25,166 nucleotides of DNA from a bacterium (GTDB lineage Bacteria; SZUA-182; DTGQ01; JAFGSM01): the NCBI GenBank assembly GCA_049472355.1, contig JBLIRP010000060.1, positions 1-25,166 on the forward strand, in the 5' to 3' direction. This document shows positions 11,609-18,943 of the stretch, one piece after another (position 1 is the first letter of the stretch; each line of letters begins with the position of its first letter). The notes beneath the pieces are model-generated. The model was not told the origin of the DNA. It did no database searches and saw only the letters and a program-made list of their open reading frames with translations. Made by a program: the position numbers and the translations under genes.

Positions 11609-12541
11609 TCATGGCGGTGGCCTGCATGACTGCTGTTCGAGCATCGTGAGGAAATCCTCCGGCAGCGGTGCGCCATAGGCACGTTCAGGCATTCCACCCA
11701 TCTCAGGAAGTGCAATCCGACAGGCGTGGAGCATCAGGCGACCCATGCCCGTTGGAGGTGCTTTCCTCTCATGCCCGCGCAGCGGTCCGTAGAGACGGTC
11801 CCCAAGAATCGGCGCCCCCATGAAGGCCATGTGGATACGTAACTGATGCCTGCGCCCTGTCTCCGGCCACAGACGCACCCACTGTACCCCCTGCGACTCC
11901 CCCGTCACCCGGTAGCGGGTGACGGCCCGAAGCCCCCCTTTTTCCTTTACCGACATCATATCCCGACGCCTGGGATGTGAGCCGATGTAAGCGCTGATGC
12001 GTCCCTCTGGTGCAAGGCGATTAGGCGCAGCCACAACCGCCAAATATTCCCGCCCAACCGTACCCTCCTTGAAGGCAGTATCCAGGAAACGGTTGATCGG
12101 ACCGGGACGGGTGAGGATCACTACACCAGAGGCGTCGCGGTCGAGGCGATGGAAGAGCGAAAGGTCGCCAAACCGCCGGACTGCGAGATCCAGGAGGTTG
12201 CCCGCTCGGGCACCGTGCGTGTCGTGGGAGAGCAAACCCGCAGGCTTGTTGACGGCAATGAGGTCATCCTCCAGGCTAATGATCCAGGCATCATCGAACA
12301 CGCCAGGGGGCGGCACCTTCTCCTCCGGCGACCGGGCAACCTCGATTTCGTCACCGTGTTCCACCATCCAGGAGCAGAGCCAGACCACTCGACCATTGAC
12401 CCTGACACCCCCCGCATTGATCAGCGACCTTACCGCACGTCGCCCCCAATAAGGAAACAGGAGGAGCAAGGCCCGATCGAGCCGGGTTGGCCGCTCGATG
12501 CCGCATATTCGTGTATGAATCCTGCGCATCCCTGTCCCCAT
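11609..12541 (-). CDS. RluA/RluD-family RNA pseudouridine synthase with S4-like N-terminus
   Basis: Motifs RLDRAL, VNKPAGL, HRLDRDASG (catalytic Asp), TGRRHQLRIH, ILGDRLYG, LHA. The start could be 12529. Confidence 0.92.
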   Translation of the reverse strand: MGTGMRRIHTRICGIERPTRLDRALLLLFPYWGRRAVRSLINAGGVRVNGRVVWLCSWMVEHGDEIEVARSPEEKVPPPGVFDDAWIISLEDDLIAVNKPAGLLSHDTHGARAGNLLDLAVRRFGDLSLFHRLDRDASGVVILTRPGPINRFLDTAFKEGTVGREYLAVVAAPNRLAPEGRISAYIGSHPRRRDMMSVKEKGGLRAVTRYRVTGESQGVQWVRLWPETGRRHQLRIHMAFMGAPILGDRLYGPLRGHERKAPPTGMGRLMLHACRIALPEMGGMPERAYGAPLPEDFLTMLEQQSCRPPP

Positions 12542-12660
12542 CTTTCAAAATGAATACCTTCTTTCGCCATCATTGATCCATCCTGCGGCAGGGATTCTAT
12601 CACCAGGCCGGTTGCGTGTAAAACACGTGATCTCACCTTTTTTGAATTTTTCATATATCG

Positions 12661-12678
12661 ATTTCGAAATTTTTCTAA
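12661..12678. promoter_or_regulatory. Putative upstream activator site (enhancer) for a sigma54 activator
   Basis: ATTTCGAAATTTTTCTAA is 16/18 identical to 18381-18398; both start about 100 nt upstream of a -24/-12 site. Confidence 0.55.
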
Positions 12679-12760
12679 ACATTGTGCCACAGGCGTTGTA
12701 GCTGAAGCTGGAAAAACCTTCTATTACAGGCAGTTATGTTATCATGGATATCCCTCTGTG

Positions 12761-12777
12761 CTGGCATACAAGTTGCT
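12761..12777 (+). promoter_or_regulatory. sigma54 (RpoN) -24/-12 promoter upstream of repeat-protein gene 1
   Basis: CTGGCATACAAGTTGCT matches TGGCA..GG-N10-GC with TTGCT at -12; it is intergenic and correctly oriented. Confidence 0.7.
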
Positions 12778-13073
12778 CTTTGTAATTCTCGAGACGTGAA
12801 TGTGTGACAGGTTGTTACAGGGGAGTTTTTTATAAGTTACGTTTTTCCGTAGTATGCCATTTAATAACCTCCTTTTATATCCCAATTCGAAACAGCCTGT
12901 CCCCCGAAAACCATAATCGACCGGAACCATACTTCGCTTTATGCAAACAACCTTCAGGGCCTTTAGGCATCATGTGGGCCGAAAGAAAGGAGGAGGATAG
13001 CAGGAGACACTGTGCTGAATCTGTTCTCATAGAACCCTTCGTCAGACAAGGTTAAAAAAGGAGGTTAGCGAGC

Positions 13074-13550
13074 ATGAAAAGGAAAGGGATTGAGATACTT
13101 GCAATACTTATTCTTATCGCCGCCGTTGCCCTCTGCCTTGCGCCCCGTGTAAACGCCTATTACGGCGGGCTCTATGGCGGCCTCTTAGGTGGCTATGGCG
13201 GCCTCTACGGGGGGCTGTATGGCGGCCTCTTAGGTGGCTACGGGCTTATGGGCGGCCTCTACGGCGGGCTTTATGGCATGTATGGCGGCCTCTACGGGGG
13301 CATGTACGGCATGTACAGCCCGTTCAGTTTTGCGAACCTTTACTATCCGGTGCAAACAGCAGGAGGGCTGACCTATCAGGTGCCATTCCTCCAGATCGCT
13401 CCGCTGCTCGGTGTTGCCGGTCTGTACAATCAGCTCTTCCCGAACCTGTTTAATCCCCAGCCCCAACCTGTGCCGATCGTCAATGTATCAACCCCGGCTA
13501 CCCTGGGCGTGACATTCCCGACACCGGTGGGTACTTTCTCGATAACGTGA
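13074..13550 (+). CDS. Secreted Gly/Tyr/Leu-rich (YGGL-repeat) protein 1 with Pro/Thr-rich hydrophobic C-terminal domain, 158 aa
   Basis: Strong SD AAGGAGGT at 13058-13065. 28-aa Sec-type signal (KRK, hydrophobic core, VNA|YY). YGGL-type repeats occupy residues 29-80. A terminator follows. Confidence 0.88.
   Translation: MKRKGIEILAILILIAAVALCLAPRVNAYYGGLYGGLLGGYGGLYGGLYGGLLGGYGLMGGLYGGLYGMYGGLYGGMYGMYSPFSFANLYYPVQTAGGLTYQVPFLQIAPLLGVAGLYNQLFPNLFNPQPQPVPIVNVSTPATLGVTFPTPVGTFSIT
13158..13313 (+). repeat. Degenerate coding tandem repeat (12-bp YGGL and 21-bp YGGLLGG/YGGLYGM units)
   Basis: Recurrent TAYGGNGGNCTN units with synonymous third-position variation. Confidence 0.85.
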
Positions 13551-13561
13551 TGAAACATGGT

Positions 13562-13610
13562 TTCAGCAGGGAGGCTCGGGGATTTCCCGGCCTTCCTGCT
13601 GAACCTTTTT
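13562..13610 (+). terminator. Intrinsic terminator after repeat-protein gene 1
   Basis: Long stem TTCAGCAGGGAGGCTCGGG / CCCGGCCTTCCTGCTGAA followed by CCTTTTT, starting 11 nt after the stop codon. Confidence 0.8.
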
Positions 13611-13717
13611 GGTAGGTGGCAGCGTGTGGAGAACATCCCTGCCGCAGGCAACGGATGCATTTTCATCCTGAGCCCGGCAAAACACGGCCGCTTTTGTCAA
13701 AACCATGTATGAAAAAA

Positions 13718-13731
13718 TCGAAATTTTGCGA
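13718..13731. promoter_or_regulatory. Further copy of the palindromic box, upstream of repeat-protein gene 2
   Basis: TCGAAATTTTGCGA fits the TMGMAA-WW-TTKCKA consensus shared with 12664-12677, 18361-18374 and 18384-18397. Confidence 0.4.
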
Positions 13732-14029
13732 AATTTCCTGCAATAGAGTCTGTTTTTTACTATAAGCATACTAACATACTGAATTTATAGGAAGGAGGAC
13801 GCAATCGACCCACACCGGCTGCCTGCTCGAATTTCGACCGTGCGACACTTATGGCACATATCACAATCGAACATCCATTTCGCACCCCACGTAAAGAATC
13901 ATTGTTGGGATGTATGAAAGGGGGCGAATAGAACGATCAAAAAACTTTCACCGCTATCATCATTCTCTGAAGGTTTGATAGTGTAACGAGTTTGTTCAAT
14001 CACCAGGTTTTTGAAGGAGGTTAGGACCA

Positions 14030-14407
14030 ATGAGTAAGAAAGGGCTAGTTCTTTCAATCAGCTTAGTGCTCGTCATCGCCCTGTGCGTTGTTTTTGTCGG
14101 TCAGGCGAATGCCTATTACAGCGGCTACTACGGCGGACTCTACGGCGGACTCTATGGCATGTACGGCGGACTCATGGGCATGTACGGCGGACTCATGGGC
14201 ATGTACGGCGGACTGTACGGCATGTACGGTGGACTGTACGGCATGTACGGTGGACTCATGGGCATGTACGGCGGACTGTACGGCATGTACGGCGGACTCA
14301 TGGGCATGTACGGTGGCCTGTACGGTATGTACGGCGGACTCATGGGCATGTACGGTGGCCTGTACGGCATGTATGGCGGGCTCTACGGAATGTACGGAAT
14401 ATACTGA
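14030..14407 (+). CDS. Secreted Gly/Tyr/Met/Leu heptad-repeat protein 2, 125 aa
   Basis: SD AAGGAGGT at 14014-14021. 28-aa Sec-type signal (KK, hydrophobic core, ANA|YY). The mature part is YYSGY-YGGL-(YGGL[Y/M]GM)x12-YGIY. A terminator follows. Confidence 0.88.
   Translation: MSKKGLVLSISLVLVIALCVVFVGQANAYYSGYYGGLYGGLYGMYGGLMGMYGGLMGMYGGLYGMYGGLYGMYGGLMGMYGGLYGMYGGLMGMYGGLYGMYGGLMGMYGGLYGMYGGLYGMYGIY
14141..14392 (+). repeat. 12 x 21-bp coding tandem repeat encoding YGGL(Y/M)GM
   Basis: Units such as TACGGCGGACTCATGGGCATG and TACGGCGGACTGTACGGCATG; 7 Tyr-type and 5 Met-type units with no spacers. Confidence 0.95.
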
Positions 14408-14460
14408 TCAGGGATGTGGTAAGGCCTCACCCGGTCACAAGCACACCAGTTGATAGATGG

Positions 14461-14500
14461 AAGGCCTGGATGACAGGAGACACCCAGGCTTTTCCTTTTT
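14461..14500 (+). terminator. Intrinsic terminator after repeat-protein gene 2
   Basis: AAGGCCTGG...CCAGGCTTT stem followed by TCCTTTTT. Confidence 0.65.
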
Positions 14501-14564
14501 CATCCCCATCCCTCTGTTCCGTTTCAAACGCAACCGGACATGATACGTCCGGTTCCCTCCATTT

Positions 14565-14581
14565 CTGGCATTATTATTGCT
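14565..14581 (+). promoter_or_regulatory. sigma54 -24/-12 promoter upstream of the HK-NtrC operon
   Basis: CTGGCATTATTATTGCT: GG-N10-GC with TGGCA and TTGCT. Confidence 0.7.
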
Positions 14582-14609
14582 TGAAAGAGTAATAAGCTCA
14601 TATGCTTAA

Positions 14610-14638
14610 TTGACAATAGCCTTTTCGTTCAATAAGAT
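14610..14638 (+). promoter_or_regulatory. sigma70-type promoter upstream of the HK-NtrC operon
   Basis: TTGACA-17 nt-TAAGAT. Confidence 0.55.
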
Positions 14639-14751
14639 TGGAATAGGACCATCATCGTTTCAGGAGGCTGGAGACATCATAAATGGTATGTTACATGATA
14701 ATAGTGCGGCATGCCTCAGTGAAAGCGGTGATGTAAATCCTGGAGACACAC

Positions 14752-16914
14752 ATGAGACGAAGTATTAGCCGGCTCCTTTCATTCCTCGCAGGATCCGCAG
14801 TATTCTGCATCCTCTTCGGCATCCAGGATATCATCATCGGTCACCCTCCTATTATCGTGCGATACTATTCCTTCCCTTTCGTGATCGGCGGCTTCCTGGG
14901 GCTTATCTTCTTTATATGGCGCATAAAGCTCAAGGAAAGCAGAGGACGGACTGCCCGTCTCAATCTCATGCTGCGTATCATACAAAACGTGGACAAGCTC
15001 CTGGTCAAGGAGGGGGACCGCGAAAGGCTCATCCAGGGCATCTGCAATACCCTGGTCGAAAACAAGGGATATTACCTCACTGCCTGGATCGTTTTGCTGG
15101 GGCCATCGGGGGGGCTCGTTACCACTGCCGAGGCTGGTTGGGGTGAAGACTTCCTCTCCCTCTCTCTATGCGAAGAAATGAAGTCCATCCGACTTCCCCC
15201 TTGCATCAAACGGGCACTCTCAAAATCGGAGGTGGTATTCATTGACACCCCTGCCCTCGCCTGTCCTGAATGCCCCCTTGCTTCCCAATACCCTGACAGG
15301 GGGGTCATGACCGTGCGATTGGAGCACGGGGGAAAGATCTATGGGGCGCTGTCGGTATCGATTGCCAAGCATTTTATGGCCGACGAAAGGGACCAGGGAC
15401 TCATCGAAGAGGTGGCGGGAGATATCGCCTTCGCCCTCCACAGCATCGAGCTGTCCGAGGACCGGAAGCGGAAGGATAGGGAACTGCAGATCATCTTGGA
15501 TGCGGTGCCTGCCATGGTGTTCTACAAGGATACGGAAAACCGGATCGTGCGGGTCAACGATTCCTTTGTCAGGGCAACCGGGCTATCACGAAAAGAGATC
15601 ATCGAAAAATCCTGTTTCCATCTCTTCCCCGGCCAGGGTGACGATTTCTGGAGGGACGACCGTGAGGTCATGGAGACCGGCTGCCCGAAACGGAACATCA
15701 CCGAACAAATGGCTACAGCGCAAGGGCTGCGTTGGTTTGAAACGGATAAGATCCCCTACCGGGATGACCAGGGAAACATCATCGGGATAATCGGCTTCTC
15801 CATCGACATCACCGAGAAAAGAGAGGCACAGGAAGCGCTCCGGAAGAGCGAGAAGAGATTCCGCGACCTGGTTGAAAATTCATTGATCGGCATCGCCATT
15901 ATCCAGGAAAACAGGATCATTTACCGGAACCCTGAATATGAGAGGATCTTCGGGCCTGAATCCGTGCTGTTTCATTCCATGGATCTTTGCGGCATCCATC
16001 CCGAGGATGTGGAAAGGGTCAGATCGGATTTCTCCCGGTTGACCTCGGGGGAGGCGCAAAACATCTCACTCGACTTCCGGTTTTATCCACAGGAAGGGCA
16101 CATCATGAAATGGGTGTCCTGCCGAACGACCATGACCGAATACCAGGGGAAGGAGGCGATACTCCTCAACATAATGGACATTTCCAGGGCCAAGGAGCTT
16201 GAGAATCTCCTGAGGGTTCAGGACAAGATGACGTCGCTTGGCCGCGTGGCCGCAGGGATCGCCCATGAGATACGTAACCCCCTCTCGGGCATCAACATAT
16301 ATCTGAACACCCTGGAGAAGATCTATGAAAAGGGGGAAGGCTCGGAAAAGGTGAAGCGGATCATCAGCCAGATCCAGTCGGCATCGGGAAAGATCGAATC
16401 CGTTATACGGAGGGTCATGGATTTCTCACGGCCGTCCACGCCGAAGCTCCTCCTGACGGATATCAATCACCCGGTCGAAGAGGCCCTCGGCCTGGCATCA
16501 ACCTCCCTGCAAAAAATGGGGATAACACTGCAAAAGGACCTTGCAGCCAACCTGCCTCCCTGCCTCATCGACAGCCACCTGATAGAGGAGGTGATCCTGA
16601 ACCTGGTCACCAATGCCTCTGATGCCCTGAAGCATATGGAAGGAGAAAAAAGGATCCGCATCGCTTCATCCATGCAGAAGGGCTGCATCATACTCACTAT
16701 TTCCGATTCGGGCCTCGGCATCCCTCCCCATGTGCAGGGAAGGATCTTCGATCCCTTTTATACCACCAAGACCGGAAGCACGGGAATCGGGCTGAGCATC
16801 TGTCACCGCATCATCACGGACCATGGGGGAAGCCTCCATCTGGGCACAAGCGAGTGGGGCGGGGCCGAATTCAGGATCGAGATCCCGCTCGCCGGGGGAG
16901 AGTGCACGGGATGA
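14752..16914 (+). CDS. Membrane-anchored sensor histidine kinase (2 TM-GAF-PAS-PAS-HisKA-HATPase), NtrB-like
   Basis: Two N-terminal hydrophobic helices, a GAF-like region and PAS/PAC ends (SIDITE, IMDIS). H-box AHEIRNPL, N-box NLVTNA, DSGLGI, FDPFYTTK, GIGLSI. Confidence 0.93.
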   Translation: MRRSISRLLSFLAGSAVFCILFGIQDIIIGHPPIIVRYYSFPFVIGGFLGLIFFIWRIKLKESRGRTARLNLMLRIIQNVDKLLVKEGDRERLIQGICNTLVENKGYYLTAWIVLLGPSGGLVTTAEAGWGEDFLSLSLCEEMKSIRLPPCIKRALSKSEVVFIDTPALACPECPLASQYPDRGVMTVRLEHGGKIYGALSVSIAKHFMADERDQGLIEEVAGDIAFALHSIELSEDRKRKDRELQIILDAVPAMVFYKDTENRIVRVNDSFVRATGLSRKEIIEKSCFHLFPGQGDDFWRDDREVMETGCPKRNITEQMATAQGLRWFETDKIPYRDDQGNIIGIIGFSIDITEKREAQEALRKSEKRFRDLVENSLIGIAIIQENRIIYRNPEYERIFGPESVLFHSMDLCGIHPEDVERVRSDFSRLTSGEAQNISLDFRFYPQEGHIMKWVSCRTTMTEYQGKEAILLNIMDISRAKELENLLRVQDKMTSLGRVAAGIAHEIRNPLSGINIYLNTLEKIYEKGEGSEKVKRIISQIQSASGKIESVIRRVMDFSRPSTPKLLLTDINHPVEEALGLASTSLQKMGITLQKDLAANLPPCLIDSHLIEEVILNLVTNASDALKHMEGEKRIRIASSMQKGCIILTISDSGLGIPPHVQGRIFDPFYTTKTGSTGIGLSICHRIITDHGGSLHLGTSEWGGAEFRIEIPLAGGECTG

Positions 16915-18308
16915 TCTCATATCTCATTTACATCGTCGATGATGAAGAGACCATCCGGGAGGGGATCACCATGGCCCTGGAACCGGAGTATCAGGTGAAG
17001 TCATTCCCCACTGCCGAATCGGCCATCAAGGCGATCAGGTCTACTCCACCCGATCTGATGCTGCTCGATATCGGGCTGCCGGGAATGGACGGCATCGAGG
17101 CCCTCCGCCATATCAGGGACATCGATCCGGAAATCCTGGTGATCATGATCACGGCATACGAGGACATCACCACCGTCATCACCGCCATGAAGCAGGGGGC
17201 CCGCGATTATGTGATAAAACCGATCAACATGGACGGCCTCGAGATGATCATCCGCAACTGTCTCGAGGCCATCCAGTTGCGGAAAGAGGTCCGGTCGCTC
17301 CAGGAGCACTATCTGAGGGAGACCATCCCCTTCTTTACCGGCACCAGCAACGTCATGCAGGAGGTGATGGAATTTATCGAGATGGTGGCCAGGAGCGCGG
17401 ACACCCCCATCCTCATCATCGGGGAGACCGGCACCGGCAAGGAGCTTATCGCCGGCGCCATCCATTACCGGAGCCCCAACTTCAACGGGCCCCTGATAAC
17501 GGTGAATTGTGCATCCATTCACAAGGAGCTCATCGAAAGCGAGCTCTTCGGGTATGAACAGGGGGCATTCACCGGGGCGAGGGCATCGGGGAAAAGGGGG
17601 CTGATCGAGGAGGCGAAAAACGGGACCCTGTTTCTCGACGAGGTGGGAGACCTGAGTCTCGAGGCCCAGGCAAAGCTGCTCAGGTTTCTCGAGGTGGGGG
17701 AATTCTATCATATCGGCGGCACCGAAAAACTCACGGTAAAAACCCGGATAGTCTCGGCAACCAATAAGGACCTGGATGCAATGATTGAAAACGGCATGTT
17801 TCGCAAGGACCTCTATTTCCGCCTTGGGGTCATAAAGGTCGAGGTACCCTCCCTGAACGAACGTCCGGAGGATATCATCCCCCTGGCCAAGCACTTCCTG
17901 GTGGAGTTCAGTAAAAAGTTCGGCAAGACCTTTACAGGGTTCTCTCCCCAGGCTGAAGCCGTTCTGACCAGTCATCGGTGGACGGGTAATGTTCGCGAAC
18001 TGAGAAACTTCATCGAGCGTGGGGTGCTCATAGGTAAGGGGCCGGAATTGATGCCCCAGGACCTGGGCATCAAGGAGTCGGGCACACGAGGGCAACGCAG
18101 CGGCGGCCGAGTGGATCTCCCGTGCACCTTCCCTCCCATCCCCCCCCACGGCATGGACCTCTCCGTCGGGCTGCAGGCACTTGAACGATTCTATATCGAA
18201 GAGGCGCTCAGAATGGCCGGGGGGAATGAATGCAAGGCCGCGCGGCTCCTCAACATCAACCATCATACCTTTCGCTATCGCAGGAAAAGGCTGAAGATCA
18301 GGGGATGA
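16911..18308 (+). CDS. sigma54-dependent NtrC/Fis-family response regulator (REC-AAA+-HTH)
   Basis: REC (IVDDE, LLDIGLPGMDG, ITA, IKP), Walker A GETGTGKE, ESELFG, GAFTGA, FLDEVGD, WTGNVREL, and a C-terminal HTH. The ATG at 16911 overlaps the HK stop (ATGA). Confidence 0.95.
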   Translation: MISYLIYIVDDEETIREGITMALEPEYQVKSFPTAESAIKAIRSTPPDLMLLDIGLPGMDGIEALRHIRDIDPEILVIMITAYEDITTVITAMKQGARDYVIKPINMDGLEMIIRNCLEAIQLRKEVRSLQEHYLRETIPFFTGTSNVMQEVMEFIEMVARSADTPILIIGETGTGKELIAGAIHYRSPNFNGPLITVNCASIHKELIESELFGYEQGAFTGARASGKRGLIEEAKNGTLFLDEVGDLSLEAQAKLLRFLEVGEFYHIGGTEKLTVKTRIVSATNKDLDAMIENGMFRKDLYFRLGVIKVEVPSLNERPEDIIPLAKHFLVEFSKKFGKTFTGFSPQAEAVLTSHRWTGNVRELRNFIERGVLIGKGPELMPQDLGIKESGTRGQRSGGRVDLPCTFPPIPPHGMDLSVGLQALERFYIEEALRMAGGNECKAARLLNINHHTFRYRRKRLKIRG

Positions 18309-18360
18309 ACCCCTCTGCCTCCCATCCCCACTCGATTTTTCCCAGTACCCGATGAATCGT

Positions 18361-18398
18361 TAGAATTTTTTCTATCCACTATTTCGCAATTTCTCTAA
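18361..18398. promoter_or_regulatory. Tandem putative enhancer boxes upstream of the receiver gene
   Basis: TAGAATTTTTTCTA (18361-18374, palindromic arms) and ATTTCGCAATTTCTCTAA (18381-18398). Confidence 0.55.
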
Positions 18399-18479
18399 TC
18401 ATTCCATGCCCAAAGGGATACCGGAAGGCGGAAACCCAATAGATTCATTGGGTCTCTGCATGTCTCCTATGCCATGCCC

Positions 18480-18496
18480 GTGGCATGCACAATGCT
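18480..18496 (+). promoter_or_regulatory. sigma54 -24/-12 promoter upstream of the stand-alone receiver gene
   Basis: GTGGCATGCACAATGCT: GG-N10-GC. Confidence 0.6.
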
Positions 18497-18520
18497 TATA
18501 AATAGATGGGAGAAATTTTT

Positions 18521-18943
18521 ATGGCACACCAATCATACAGCTCAACAATGAACCTCGATGATACCATGAAGAAGGTAAAGATCCTTCTCATCGACGATGA
18601 TGAGTGGATCAGGGATTCCTTGAGCCTCTTTTTTGAAAACGAGGGATGGCACCTGCGCGCCCTTGAAACGGCAGAGGAGGGCATTGAACTGCTCAAGAAC
18701 CAGACCTTCGAGGTCATCATCACCGATTACCGGTTGCCGGGGATGGATGGCCTGGAATTCTTCAAGCATATTCAAGGGTCGCATCCCAATGCACTGAAAA
18801 TCCTGATCACCGCTTACTGGAACACGGAGGTGGTATCGGAGGCGGAGAAGATAGGGATCCGCGATCTCATCAAAAAGCCCTTCACCACCAAGACCATTGA
18901 GGAAACCCTCTCACGATGGATGAAGGATACGCGCAGGCAGTGA
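18521..18943 (+). CDS. Single-domain response regulator (receiver only)
   Basis: Motifs LLIDDD, ITDYRLPGMDG, LITAY, KKPF. The start is uncertain: 18521 has GGGAG 8 nt upstream; 18506, 18548 and 18566 are alternatives. Confidence 0.9.
   Translation: MAHQSYSSTMNLDDTMKKVKILLIDDDEWIRDSLSLFFENEGWHLRALETAEEGIELLKNQTFEVIITDYRLPGMDGLEFFKHIQGSHPNALKILITAYWNTEVVSEAEKIGIRDLIKKPFTTKTIEETLSRWMKDTRRQ

Noticed and set aside
12804..13055. 83-aa ORF upstream of repeat gene 1
   Set aside because: It has a GTG start without an SD and atypical composition, and falls in the predicted leader region.
13852..13867. TGGCAC as a sigma54 promoter for repeat gene 2
   Set aside because: The -12 position reads AA instead of GC, so the promoter of gene 2 is unresolved.
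14141..14392. 21-bp repeat array as a CRISPR array
   Set aside because: The units are head-to-tail with no unique spacers, are in frame within an ORF, vary synonymously, and no cas genes are present.
13158..14392. YGGL/YGGM resemblance to enkephalin (YGGF-L/M) or a multi-core RiPP precursor
   Set aside because: There is no YGGF, no dibasic or other cleavage sites between units, and no adjacent protease or transporter. Low-complexity coincidence is more likely.
14083..14592. Alternative-frame repeat ORFs (RRTHGHV..., TADSWAC..., and minus-strand PPYMP... at 14152-14370)
   Set aside because: These are shadows of the repeat. They lack an SD and signal peptide, and the repeat variation is synonymous only in the 14030 frame.
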